Shown: in pieces, positions 23,101 through 30,670 of the stretch | Numbering within the stretch: position 1 is the first letter of the stretch | How the letters are laid out: the number at the start of each line of letters is the position of its first letter | Origin: a virus | Lineage: Duplodnaviria; Caudoviricetes | Strand: one strand, 5' to 3' | Virus record (IMG/VR): IMGVR_UViG_3300044491_002553 | Coordinates: 1 to 55,945 of that record | DNA: 55,945 bases | Position numbers and translations under genes: made by a program | The notes under the pieces: model-generated | The model's database searches: none | What the model saw: only the letters and a program-made list of their open reading frames with translations | What the model was told of the DNA's origin: nothing

Positions 23101-24253
23101 CACGATAAAACTGTCTGTTGCCATATGCTTTACCATTATTGATTTTTACTCTGTTGAGATTACTTACACTGCTGACTTCTTGTAATTTTATAACATCTAC
23201 ACCACGTATAGATTCTGTTGTAATTTTGTAAACTCTACGTCTTGCGTCAGGAGTAAGTGCTGTTACTGGATCAAAAGTTCCTGTATCACCTTCAAGTGTT
23301 CCGCTATCAAATCCTTCAGCATCATATAAAGCACCAACTTCCCAATCAGTTTCAACCACACTGTTGTTGATGAAAATAATATTTTTTCCAACAATCTCTG
23401 TAAAGGAATCAATTCCATCTGCAAAATTACTCAATAATTGATTGTGAATACTGCTGTATGTTCCATTGTATGCTAAATCAACAGTGGTTGCTACAGGCAT
23501 GTTTGTATAGTACAATTGACTGTCTTTTTGTGGTACTGTCCATGTTATGGTGCCAACGTCATCACCATTGTTGGTCACTCCAGGCACTTCTCTGGTGCTG
23601 ATATTTTTTTGTGCGGCACTGATACCTGTTGTACCTGATTCACTTTGTATCCAAAATGGATGTCCTAGTTGATTTACTTCAAATGTATAACTTCCGCCAC
23701 GTGCAAGATATACTATTGGATTTTCGTCTGATGTTTCATTGTCAAATCTAAAACTTTTTTCATTTGGATCTGTGCTTCTATACACTGTAAAACTTTTGGT
23801 TGTAGGCACAATGTTGGTGTACACTGGCACACTATCTGGTCCACTGGGTAACCAAAAGTACTCACCGTAATTGACCAATTTATCTATGTCAACAAATCCA
23901 CTGTAATTGTAGTATTTTTGTTTGAAAAGACTGTCGTGATTAACAGCATCTTCTCCATAATATTTGATACTGTTCAAATAATCTATGTAAGTTGATACAC
24001 TTTCTACTGTATTACTGCTGTTTTTATATACAACAGAAGGTTCCAGTTGATAGTTTTGTCTTTCTACATCTATTTCGGTCAAATAGGAATCTTTAGCAGT
24101 ACGATTTAATGCATCTCTTCTGCCTATAAATCCACTTAGTCTCTTTTTGCTAGGTTCACTATACAGTTGGTCTGTCGTGGCATTTAAAAACTTTTTGTTT
24201 TTATTTGTTTGAAAGACACCTGGTAATAGTGTACTAGTTTTTCTAATAGCCAT
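11159..24253 (-). CDS. Giant (4364 aa) multidomain baseplate/structural protein
   Basis: Follows the gp6-like gene. Contains FG-GAP-like repeats, F.GDG.T..F repeats, CBM5/12-like W...Y..GD.V motifs, GGTGY/GSGY repeats and INETKPYHTK. Confidence 0.75.
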   Translation of the reverse strand: MAIRKTSTLLPGVFQTNKNKKFLNATTDQLYSEPSKKRLSGFIGRRDALNRTAKDSYLTEIDVERQNYQLEPSVVYKNSSNTVESVSTYIDYLNSIKYYGEDAVNHDSLFKQKYYNYSGFVDIDKLVNYGEYFWLPSGPDSVPVYTNIVPTTKSFTVYRSTDPNEKSFRFDNETSDENPIVYLARGGSYTFEVNQLGHPFWIQSESGTTGISAAQKNISTREVPGVTNNGDDVGTITWTVPQKDSQLYYTNMPVATTVDLAYNGTYSSIHNQLLSNFADGIDSFTEIVGKNIIFINNSVVETDWEVGALYDAEGFDSGTLEGDTGTFDPVTALTPDARRRVYKITTESIRGVDVIKLQEVSSVSNLNRVKINNGKAYGNRQFYRDAEGFYQIVPPLVAEQDTFFYADATDSTRFGTIKLVEIDAQPNLDINDIITRSEFTSPNGVTFTNGLKVAFDSSVTPTSYANKEYYVEGVGTKIDLVPVDELISPETFITTASEPYDKSGYDETGFEGSRAEPLEQDYIVINRASNDRNPWSRINRWFHRDVIEKTAVYNDYTLIIDDDKRATRPIIEFLPGLELYNFGQVGIAPADIVDTTQTDALSNVNGKIGYFSDGIELAPGMTIIFTKDADADVRNKVYTISLIDEDNVASTDKIIQLTETSTVVANNVVVSTLGATNQGKSFVYQSTGVWKETQQKTALNQEPLFNLNDQNHVNFDDETTYPSSTFAGSKLFSYKRNSSASADIVLGFGLSYRNLNNIGDILFDNNFETDTFQYTKDGKLVNVILRSGHAHQFDSSNVRTIVNGWTEIAQESKQFQVYNYTVNENNLTKFDYEIPYTIDTEKNIKVFVNGKIIKDSEYTIGSDYTVNFATNRTVGDIVTIKIYNKDIKGKNSYYEIPDNLENNSNNANFTTLTLGQMRNHLSVISQHIVEFSGSTPGFSNIRDLPYSKYKGKILQHSAGAILPIYMMTNPHVNVIPAIDYTKNEYTRFKNKFIENLNTLDLDLTNKSKTVDDILSSMVGGKTDVFPFFYSDMVPWGNTGTTTTHTVDDTSETFFTFNSQFDLDTESRQGVLVYINNELKVFGIDNDYTFDTSEGAVIFTSTVSLAVDDVVKIVEYSNTNGNFIPPTPTKLGLYNKFVPQKITDTSYVVDQTVIIGHDGSRWVGYGDIRDDIILELEKRIYNNIKTNYNRNLIDYAEVLPGYFRNTTSELSKVNRIINKYFQQWSNKNSIAINSTTVFDADQPFTWNYKNAVEKTNSSRLPGYWRGIYRWFYDTETPNTTPWEMLGLSVKPNWWTNRYGPAPYTSGNSILWEDLRDGKLYSDASGTAYTVLEKYKRSTLLDFIPVDEQGALKSPAQFLSVDATSANTSDKFIFGDGDPVETAWRRSSEWPYVVQIVAMLRKPAKYGTLMFDTNLFDTNQTGWTQILQKTKAYRPTLTEFYINSGTRQTLGYNQFVGEYGTYLGVNVTDLQTRIQNLNVNLAYKLSGYADKSFLRVVAENATPTSTQQNTFIPDEDYELITHKSTPLEKVSYSGVQVIKRANGFEVQGYDLDYPFFNIVPSTRSANSNLHSVGNISYVEYKDFENTIVGIPYGTVIQTPQQMFDFLIAYQRWLKLKGIKFIDALGNGMPQDLVLAAKEFVFWNDQQWPIDSVITLSPIFDRIQVERQYTTVDDISKTGYLRNENRQLIRPKNYDVSRIGNTTDIFVNTDEENIYAVSVDPIQYEHVVVFNNKTIFSDVIYQPELGSRQDRLKLIGFKSGDWDGTIHAPGFIINDNIYDIWVANQDYKKGDIVTYRNLVYVAKLDHTGQSKFDFEYWKQSDLKTGLLPNLNNRSTQLENFYNIDDLNLENQVDQVAKGQLGFRKRDYLENLGLDDISQVKFYQGLIGAKGSTSSINKLINANLTNYDQSINFYEEWGFRVGEYGSTRSNQIIEIAIDEATAQANPNVIHFHEDGEVHTTTVNPNHNHYSEKDLYKVPANYNASVFKLQDTTTHTNNEIQDAGYVRLDDIEYTSYNIDNLKQLDANKSLVGRGDKIWFAKSGATWDVRRIQETRANLLSVDVSAVDNQVRFNFDSDHNLVKNDWFFIQSTFTVGGFHKVVNVASPTSVIVLGFTTEVGVQGIKEPLFKVATSRFTQLKDVSTATPLMGWNQGEKVWVDSDENNKWAVFYKNEPFSSTGTKSTSGVVANGNLGQAVAISQGASQALVGAPQSSTGKVVPYNRTTSGGALQEANSITVADISSSVDSFGAAIGLGLQYAAIGAPDTATDKGAVFVYSVGSDGALTHFQSIIGAAGENFGTQVHVTGNDRYMFITAPGDNKIYTYQYEALSTTLQRNYTATGDASTTEFALGFTPVHVSALNVLDSNGKVYFPGSDFTISSSNITFTTAPANGIKVVVRQNSYFRQTDSVTVAGIGGSDALGTSLDATYEGNTFVAGAPYATVDSVSNAGQAHVFDQVIETFIGDAVTTAFTTTTTLPTVGITVKKNGIIQTLTTGEAGGDGSSDGFYSRAGNVITMRATPSDGDVIEVFTGTWELTQTIDQDGFGGQTVTDSENFGFSVGIDTQGSYVAVGSPGEDEINPNTGSVLVYVNTAKRYGEITSIDGTYATTSSDSIFVNGREVSVSDTSTDPNKLVTDIVNANIPNVTAENVNGQIKIISTNTAVDNKLTVTKGVGDTLSEAGIKPFTFIQKITHPLQAENENFGRSVAFDKYVDNRNGKTYTYNLVVSSDKASSVIRTRFDLNTIQNSATYNQYTTTFDQNSTQFITKKPNSGAGYVYQLLGAKDESVTNHNQYGFVQHLSSQYIDTNDSFGSAISLQDNVLFVGAKDDDAQKSDGGSVYEFKNTNRLDGWSKYRSQDSKVDVDCINRIMLYNKDSQQIEIFLDNIDGAKGKIAGEALAEIDYMTPYDPADYTESNTTKGDWVSDKLGRVWWNLDTATYINYEQGSDDYRTQYWNTLFPGSSVDVYEWVESITPPQQYQGEGTPFDITKFSTAQIYNAATNTVNIRYYFWVKNKVSVPVESAFRNISIDSVTKLIENPKSAGVSYCGVVAKDQIALFNCESFFSGKDTILSVDFDVVKNNHVVHSEFELVTENDANGIVPKVIYDKLVDSLSGIDSLGNAVPDPFLSDAEKYGVSYRPRQSIFKNNRHAIKVMVQYANKELAKLPITRSASITGLQQKESIPTSVSGKWNKQVASIVERDFLNTAILATGYKVLVLEDENNDNYWTIYNLDATKTWNLVQIQSFDTTRYWSYQNYYSTGYNNASVPNYQIQTEADLLTLTSAVTGETAKVLTNDDGNFSFFELKSDGTWSEVIIENGTIQFSSKLFDYDSTDVGTFDVFGTAFDLGQYDRNTSQEVRYIIKSLKDDIFVNELAVNFNKLFFRLIEYALHETDNQPDWVIKTSFLKVLHKVRNLDQYPTFKYDNQTFIEDFINETKPYHTKIREYVPSYAKLDTYGSDVTDFDVHSYYDTVEGRFRKPDGSLTGDTAKLSDGLNKPWNDNYGYKLSSIVIQSGGTGYIVNPTVTISAPQLSGGVTATATAITNGDKIIRVNITNYGSGYTQTPTVTVEGSGTGADLLPRIENNTTRDFDTTLKFDRITYSSTVKDWAKNTSYSVNDIVAYQNTTTRTQEVYTVTTAFTSGDTFSTENSSGTTVMTVYADEDFSTAADRIAGYYYPSEGMLGDDIGLLQNGTTYPGSVIEGPSFSDEPGFDSGNFDTVQFDSFEIDTDGLTVLGGGSLLDTKIESLFTDLSLGQRPEDIDIDGGAFVDTYNSHAPEELVPGRVFDTLDMEVYTDPGDDYEANGNGWRSQVKSFLGDGTTRTFAYGQEFGSKTDFEFHIVYIDTTRQSTGYNIDYRDQTVSFDTAPTVGQTVHIYSHAGTGEKMTVDKTFIADGSTSIFTLGQSTSTIQQLYVFVNGVLTTTSFTGVDNRTAISFSSAPPQGAHIHIFGFNQSSTRDAMSILSVEDKSLTSGTLVYSLSNTIKYAQPMEGNVVVELDGHRLRPSNTVYHTATGSETNFAISTTAGESAPAGIGDIRVAKISSGVTTNLVANDDYSYNSATGEVTPVVQPSNGDIIIVGNVANAEYLISADGTSITLDGAVSFTTGQTLKITSFSNHDPLRIRTQVFVGTGNGGRGYGSYLVGRTATDNAYLWVTHDGVRLHPGDFILEDDILILSEAYKDITTGSTELIVTQYTQNTVQDTLGFRIFYDMLGVNQYRRLAVENTTFTTQDVSPTDTKIYVNNANALPFASRESTTPGVVFIGSERITYWEISYEDHFITGLRRGTGGTTFTDFIEKETTVVDGGLDQELPASDTHTKTWYDLGTGNAADGNGLQQSTTTNANFLKEKKAELPNFLKEGNEGRYLVDDYVETGYVE

Positions 24254-27200
24254 TAGTAACCATAACCTCCGCTACCGCCTCCGCTAGATCCAGAACTACT
24301 TGAACTACTGCTTGAACTACTGCTAGTAGACGTTGTAGTTGTATTACTGCTAGTGTTTATAGATGTACTAGAAGTTGTACCTGCACTTACAGATTCTGTT
24401 GCAATATTACTTGTACTAGCATTGACAACTGTTCCTGTTGCTGTTAATTGTACCGCTGTAATTTTGTCAATTACAGATATATCATTTACTGTTGCACTGT
24501 TGATGAAAATTTCATCTCGTTGTCCTTGTATCTCAAATAAACTTCCAAAAGCACTGGATGAACTTTTTGGAACAATGACAATACTCAAAAGATCCGGACT
24601 TAGTGCAGACACTAGGTATGAACTCATTTCATTGAAATAAAATGTATCTCCAAAATCCCAATTCTCTACTGCGAAGTAATTGTTTATTGCTGTGATAATT
24701 CTTTCTTTTATTTCACTGTCACTGACCAAACTGGATGGATTTTTTACAACTTTAAATTGTGCTTGTAGTTCCTCATCTGCTTTGCTTCCAAATAATGGTC
24801 TGTATTTTACACTGTTGAAAATAATACTGTCGCTAACACTTTTTGTATCTTCTAAACTGCCATAACTGTCTCTGAGTTCAGTTGTTGTAGGAGGCACTGG
24901 TTTCGTAATGCGTCCTGTTATATCCTGTATGTAATTTCTAAAATCTGTGTTGTAACCGTTGGTCAACAAAAATAAATCCACAATGTTTGTTGGTGCAGGA
25001 TCTATTCTTCTGTTGTTTGGACTGTTATGGGTGTATTGGAAAAGTATATCACTTCTTCCTGTTTTAGTAAAATAACTTGTGTCTTCAGCAACTGTTCTTA
25101 CATTAGATGCACTAACAGTTAATTTGTAAAACTTTTTAGGAGTACTTGCATAAAAAATTTGTCCATTACTGTATGTTGTTAACACTTCATTGATTTGTGC
25201 AAGTGTAGGATAAAGACTTTCAACACTTGAATTAGCAATTGGTGTATAGATAGCATACCCATTACTGTCAGTGCTTGTTTGATAGTACACAACTTTTGTT
25301 GCACTGTTTGTATCAGGAGCAACAATTATATCAAATACATCTGGGTCATCAACAGTTGAGTCACTGTCAGTATCACTAAATGTTACTTTGATTCTCTCAC
25401 TAACTGTGTATCCATCTGTTTCAACAATCCTATCATCAATGTTAAGAGGATAATCAACACCTAGATTAACGTTATCATCTGGTTTGCTATTAACTTTTAG
25501 AATGTTAACTTTATCTTTAATGGTTCTTCCTGTACGTGGATCAAATACTTTCAAGTCATTATCGAAATAAAATCTTGTTTCTAGTACACTTTCAAATATA
25601 TAACTTGTTCTGCGATATTTCACTGTGTATGTGGCACCATCATTTGTAAATAGAAAAATCCAACTGTTGTCTAATCCAGTACCTGCTACACTGCCTGTGT
25701 TGATTGTACTAAAAGTCTCTGCTGTGTTTAAATTACTTCCTGTAATGATTGCCCACTCTTGTGTTTCTACATCATAACGCAAACCAAAAGTTCTAAATTC
25801 ACTGATATTTGTGATCATGCTAGATTTTACACTTGAACTTAGTGTTGTATTCCATGGAGCAATGACTTCGCTGATTACAGCATCACTAGGTATAACTTCA
25901 CTGAGTGTTATTGGTCCTAGACCACTTGATAAATTTCCCAATCCTTGATTGGTACCATCATCAACTACTGCACTTACTCCTGCCCATATGTAATCTTTTG
26001 TGTTTACAGTACCACTTGTTCCTGTGATTAAATTGTTATTAACATCAAAAACTTTTCCAGATGGTGCTGTAAATTTAACCAATGCACCAACTTTAACATA
26101 TTTCATATTACTACTGGTAAAGCCACCTACTTGTTGTACACCACCATCACTACCTTTGAAATAACCTGTGGTAGTGCCTGTGCTTTTAGTGGTTTGATTC
26201 CATGAATAATTTAATGCACTGGTGTTAATTCTTGTGAAATTTTTATAATAAAAATGTTTAGTTTCGTTGTTGAGTATTACAGGCTCAATACTTGTACTGA
26301 TTGTGTTACTGATATCACTGCTGGTGACAAAAGTAAAATTAAAACTTTTCAATACTTCTTCTCTGTAAAATATTCCATCTTCAGCAAAAATATTAGTACT
26401 ACTGTATTTGCCTGTGGTATCTCTAACATCTAGATATCTACTGACACCACTTGCAGTTCTGTTGACTGCTTTGCTTTTTAGTACATCACTAAAACTGGTA
26501 AATGGCATAATCTGATAGTCTTCACCAGTCACCATTCTATTCTGTGTGTAATATTGTTGCTGTGCTTTTGTTTTGATGTCTGCTAAATTTTCTCTTGCTG
26601 TTGCATTGTTGATTGTTGTTTGTAAACTAAGACTAATTGTTAGTGTTTCTAACTGATTGGCATGACTGATGTATGGAATGCTTATTTCTACATCATTCAT
26701 TTCTTCAGGAAGTATTTTATATGTTTGTCCTACGCCTGTTCTAAAGTATGCTCTGTAATTTCCTACAGGAATTTGTGTAAACACACCATCACCAAACACA
26801 AGGCTGATTTGATCATTGGCTCTGCTGTTTACACTATACAATGTTCTAGTTGTTTCGCTTAAACTGTTGTAAATTACATTTGTACCAGTTACTGCTGGAA
26901 CTTTTGTCCATTTAACATCTTCATCACCTGCACTGTTAATACTGTATAACCAGACATCGTTATTATCAATATCATTGACATCTACTTCAACGACTCTGTT
27001 GGGTAAACTTTCATCAACATTAAAATCAACACTCTGTAGTACTCCTTGTTTGAAATACATAAAAAAGCCACTGTTGATGCTGTTAAATCCTCTGCCATCA
27101 TTTTTATAAATTAAATTAAATGTATTTCCAGGCTTTGGTGCTTGTTCATACAAAAAGTCTTCACCACTGTATGTACCATTCACAAGTTCAAAGTCTAAAC

Positions 27201-27822
27201 TTCTATTGCTGACTGTTGATGTAAATCCATACACCGGAATAGTGTTAGGAGTTAGATTCAACTGATATTCTTCATTCTTTATACCTGCAACTGTTTTGCT
27301 GTTACTAGGATTTCCAAATTTTTGTGTGCTGACAAAAGCCGCATTCAGTATAGTAGTGTATTGTTCTAAAAAGTCAGGATTAGCAGTGTCTCCCCAAAAC
27401 ACAGGTGTGTTTCTTAAATTAACATTGTTGCTGTCAAGCACACTTTCTGTTGTAGCAACACTTGTAATTTTTAATATACCTCTGGATATCTGTGATCTTT
27501 TTGGGAAGTAAGAAAGCATCCTTGCAAGTTTAAGTACACTGTCTCTTCTTTCTGCAGTTTCTAAAAAGTTTTCTCTGGCATTCAGATCTGTTCTAAAGTT
27601 TGTGCTTTGGGCCAAGAATGCAATTAAATCTACAAGTGCAATATATTCACTGCTTTCGATAAAATCATTAAAGTCTTCTGGATAGTATGTTCTGAGATAG
27701 TCCACCATACTTTTTCTTATGGTTTCAAAATCATAACTCTGGAAGTCTATATCTCTGAAAGATTGATAAACTTTTTTCCAGTCTTCACTTGCGAATAAAT
27801 TGCTTTGTCTTGTAATTGCCAT
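24253..27822 (-). CDS. gp6: Baseplate wedge subunit, T4 gp6-like
   Basis: YDFETIRKSMVDYL, ENFLETAERRDSVLKLARMLSY.P, FGDGVF and QNRMVTGEDY; adjacent to gp25. Confidence 0.85.
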   Translation of the reverse strand: MAITRQSNLFASEDWKKVYQSFRDIDFQSYDFETIRKSMVDYLRTYYPEDFNDFIESSEYIALVDLIAFLAQSTNFRTDLNARENFLETAERRDSVLKLARMLSYFPKRSQISRGILKITSVATTESVLDSNNVNLRNTPVFWGDTANPDFLEQYTTILNAAFVSTQKFGNPSNSKTVAGIKNEEYQLNLTPNTIPVYGFTSTVSNRSLDFELVNGTYSGEDFLYEQAPKPGNTFNLIYKNDGRGFNSINSGFFMYFKQGVLQSVDFNVDESLPNRVVEVDVNDIDNNDVWLYSINSAGDEDVKWTKVPAVTGTNVIYNSLSETTRTLYSVNSRANDQISLVFGDGVFTQIPVGNYRAYFRTGVGQTYKILPEEMNDVEISIPYISHANQLETLTISLSLQTTINNATARENLADIKTKAQQQYYTQNRMVTGEDYQIMPFTSFSDVLKSKAVNRTASGVSRYLDVRDTTGKYSSTNIFAEDGIFYREEVLKSFNFTFVTSSDISNTISTSIEPVILNNETKHFYYKNFTRINTSALNYSWNQTTKSTGTTTGYFKGSDGGVQQVGGFTSSNMKYVKVGALVKFTAPSGKVFDVNNNLITGTSGTVNTKDYIWAGVSAVVDDGTNQGLGNLSSGLGPITLSEVIPSDAVISEVIAPWNTTLSSSVKSSMITNISEFRTFGLRYDVETQEWAIITGSNLNTAETFSTINTGSVAGTGLDNSWIFLFTNDGATYTVKYRRTSYIFESVLETRFYFDNDLKVFDPRTGRTIKDKVNILKVNSKPDDNVNLGVDYPLNIDDRIVETDGYTVSERIKVTFSDTDSDSTVDDPDVFDIIVAPDTNSATKVVYYQTSTDSNGYAIYTPIANSSVESLYPTLAQINEVLTTYSNGQIFYASTPKKFYKLTVSASNVRTVAEDTSYFTKTGRSDILFQYTHNSPNNRRIDPAPTNIVDLFLLTNGYNTDFRNYIQDITGRITKPVPPTTTELRDSYGSLEDTKSVSDSIIFNSVKYRPLFGSKADEELQAQFKVVKNPSSLVSDSEIKERIITAINNYFAVENWDFGDTFYFNEMSSYLVSALSPDLLSIVIVPKSSSSAFGSLFEIQGQRDEIFINSATVNDISVIDKITAVQLTATGTVVNASTSNIATESVSAGTTSSTSINTSSNTTTTSTSSSSSSSSSSSGSSGGGSGGYGY

Positions 27823-27872
27823 CAGTAAATCCTATGCTATTTTATATTTATTATGTAAATTATAACAGTATA

Positions 27873-28244
27873 TTATGAAACAGTGCCATCTTGTTTATTA
27901 AATGAAAACAGCATTGTTTCTGTTTGATCTGTTAATCTATACAATAAATTGACCTGTGCCTGTATACCATTTGCAAATTCATCTATGATTATACCTTGTG
28001 CAACAACTCTAGGATCTGAATTGATTACATTGTTAATTTCATCTGTGATTAAACTTTTAACTTCTTCAGTCAATGGTTCCATGATTAGATCATGTATACT
28101 ACTGCCATAATTTGGATTTTGCAGTTTTTCACCTTTGCGAATGCTGAAATGATTTAATAAATCTCTTTTCACAAGTTCTATATCACTGATAGACACAGCA
28201 CCAAAATCTCTACCTATTGTGTTAAATCCTCTGTATGTTGCCAT
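27873..28244 (-). CDS. gp25: Baseplate wedge/sheath initiator, gp25-like
   Basis: DIELVKRDLLNHF.IRKGEKLQNPNYGS.I..L..EP...DPRV. Confidence 0.9.
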   Translation of the reverse strand: MATYRGFNTIGRDFGAVSISDIELVKRDLLNHFSIRKGEKLQNPNYGSSIHDLIMEPLTEEVKSLITDEINNVINSDPRVVAQGIIIDEFANGIQAQVNLLYRLTDQTETMLFSFNKQDGTVS

Positions 28245-30667
28245 TATGTTCCTCCTGTACCACCAGGATCACCGCCTTGTCCAACGCCACTGTCTGCACT
28301 ACCAAACTCGTTTCCGCCTAAGCCACCACCTTGTTGTCCTGGACCGAAGTCGTTGTCTCCGCCATTGCCACCGCCACCGCCACCGCCACCAGATGTTGTT
28401 CTCCTTGGTCTAATATCTACCACATAAGTTTGTCCATTGATGTTGACAAGTCTCTGTGTTTTTTCATTGTAAGTTCCTGTAAATCTTGTTGCTCCAGGTG
28501 GTACTTCAGTAATTGGGTCAACTTGTGCAATCGCACTCAAACCCTTTTGAAAAAGACTACTTGCTTCTTGGTCAATGTTATCAATAGCAAAACTGGTTGT
28601 ACCTGAGACTAGTGCTTCACTTAGACTGCTGCCTTCTCTGTATTTTTTTGCCGCATTAGCACCAATACCCAATGCAACTGTTAGCATTCCGCCTATAAAA
28701 TCAGTGCTGTCATCTTTTTGTATACTACCATTGTTGTAGCATTCTTGATAAACATCAACTGTTTTTTGCACTATTAAATTTTCTTGTTCAAATGAATTGT
28801 TTAAAAAATCAAACTTGTTGTTGATGCCATTTTTGCCTTTCCATACATGTGGACTATCTAGTTCTTTGTTGTATACAACTTCAGGACTGACATAACCTTT
28901 GCTGATTAAATCTTTGGCTGTAAACGCATATTTGCCTAGTGCGTTTGTAATTGGTTCTACACTGGTGTACTTGAATGCACTGCCAACTTTTTCAGTAAGT
29001 CCTGTTAACACAGCATCCACAGCCTTGTAACCTAGTTTTCCTATTCCAGTGCCAGCAGTAGGTTGTTTAATAAAACTTGTTGGATCAATTTCTTCTGCAT
29101 TAAAAGCCGACAGGGTTTTAATTATTCCATCATCTTTTACGTCAGGCTGTGTACCTTCTCTGATTCCAACATTGTACTGTGAAGTGTTGTTGACCACTGG
29201 ACTTATTACTGCATTTGTTGATTGAGATACTTCTCCATGATATGGAAAAGGTTCATGTGTTGTTAATCTATCAACAGTTGAAGATGTTACTTTGTTTCCT
29301 ATCCAAAAACCTTGACTGTCTTGTTGTGTGTCTTGTAGTGCTTTTTCTGATGCTCTATTCTGTTTGGCTGCCGAGCCAGCACCACTTCCTAAACTTACAC
29401 ACCCACCATCAATATTAACACTGCTTCCACCTTTGACGTTTACAGTTGCAGATCCTTCTAGATTAGCACTACCACCACTTTTTGCATCTATGCCCCTGCC
29501 TCCAAATAAAAATGCATTTCCATCAGAGTACATGTTGAGTAATTTGGAACCTTCCACATGCATGTAGTTTTCTGCAACAAATTGCATTTGATTTTTGGCA
29601 TGAAATTTTATATTGTTGTCTGCGTGAAAATTTATATCTCTACTTCTTACTGTAACACTCTGAGCACTATATACATCTGTCAATCCATTTGGTGCCATTT
29701 CTATCCATGCAGTACCGTTGCTGTTATTAATGTACAAAAATCCAGTTGTATCGTCTAATATTATCTGATGACCTTTACTGGTTTTGAGTTTGATTAGATT
29801 TGATTTTCCATCTACATCACCATCATCAAGCACAAAACTGTGTCCTTTTCTACGATATTTTGGTAATGTTAAAAGTTCAGGGTCACTGATTGTACCTGCG
29901 TCATTTTCTAGTGCAGACTTTACTGTTGGTGAAGAAGTTAAGTCTCTGGTATTACTGTCAACACGTCTACCTTTTGATGTAAGTCCTATTAGTTCACTAG
30001 GAGTTTCCCTGGTGTAAGAACTAGTGGACAAGCCACGTAGTTCATCTTGATCTAATCCTTGAACTTTTAAATGTTGTGCTGTAAAAAAATCTAATGGTCT
30101 TTTTTGTTTCAAAAAATCACCAACTGCATTTTTATTTCCTGACTCAACCAAATCATTGTAGTCAAGAGCAGGTCCTTTTTTTCCTCTGGTTAGTCCAATT
30201 GCGTTGGGTTCTAAATTATCTGATGTTGATGATTCAGGCAATGACTGTAACATATAAGTATCAGGTACAGCGGCAAACCAAAATCCATTATCATCATTAC
30301 CATGTGGAAAAAAGCAAAGTACTGTTGTGCCTATGTCTGGACAAGGGTATACAAAACCTGCTGTATTCTTAACACTCAATGCATTGTTGGCATCACCAAT
30401 AGTTTCTGTTCTACTGTAGAAAGGTGTTGCATACTGCACCTGCCTCCATTGGCTACTGTCTTCTTCTAGTTTCTTACCACCACTAACTCCTGTGGTACCA
30501 AACTCTGGCACAAACACATTTAATATTCCACTTCTACTAGGATGACTGTTGCTCTTTACAATACCTAGTACAATACCATGTTCTTGACGTTGGCCTCGGG
30601 CAGTTCCTTTATGAAAGGTACTGTCACCACCTTTACTGCCAACTGCACTTATGTTTAATTCTGACAT
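28244..30667 (-). CDS. Baseplate central spike, gp5/VgrG-like (OB-fold, beta-helix, C-terminal extension)
   Basis: GIVKSN.HP.RSG.L.VFVP and PDIGTTVLCFF (OB-fold); GHSFVLDD...KGHQIILDD...IEM (gp5-type); beta-helix-like repeats. Confidence 0.75.
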   Translation of the reverse strand: MSELNISAVGSKGGDSTFHKGTARGQRQEHGIVLGIVKSNSHPSRSGILNVFVPEFGTTGVSGGKKLEEDSSQWRQVQYATPFYSRTETIGDANNALSVKNTAGFVYPCPDIGTTVLCFFPHGNDDNGFWFAAVPDTYMLQSLPESSTSDNLEPNAIGLTRGKKGPALDYNDLVESGNKNAVGDFLKQKRPLDFFTAQHLKVQGLDQDELRGLSTSSYTRETPSELIGLTSKGRRVDSNTRDLTSSPTVKSALENDAGTISDPELLTLPKYRRKGHSFVLDDGDVDGKSNLIKLKTSKGHQIILDDTTGFLYINNSNGTAWIEMAPNGLTDVYSAQSVTVRSRDINFHADNNIKFHAKNQMQFVAENYMHVEGSKLLNMYSDGNAFLFGGRGIDAKSGGSANLEGSATVNVKGGSSVNIDGGCVSLGSGAGSAAKQNRASEKALQDTQQDSQGFWIGNKVTSSTVDRLTTHEPFPYHGEVSQSTNAVISPVVNNTSQYNVGIREGTQPDVKDDGIIKTLSAFNAEEIDPTSFIKQPTAGTGIGKLGYKAVDAVLTGLTEKVGSAFKYTSVEPITNALGKYAFTAKDLISKGYVSPEVVYNKELDSPHVWKGKNGINNKFDFLNNSFEQENLIVQKTVDVYQECYNNGSIQKDDSTDFIGGMLTVALGIGANAAKKYREGSSLSEALVSGTTSFAIDNIDQEASSLFQKGLSAIAQVDPITEVPPGATRFTGTYNEKTQRLVNINGQTYVVDIRPRRTTSGGGGGGGGNGGDNDFGPGQQGGGLGGNEFGSADSGVGQGGDPGGTGGT

Positions 30668-30670
30668 ATT

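Noticed and set aside
28366-28391. G-quadruplex or contingency repeat in (GGTGGC)n
   Set aside because: Explained by poly-Gly codons; only GG runs, and unit changes would stay in frame.
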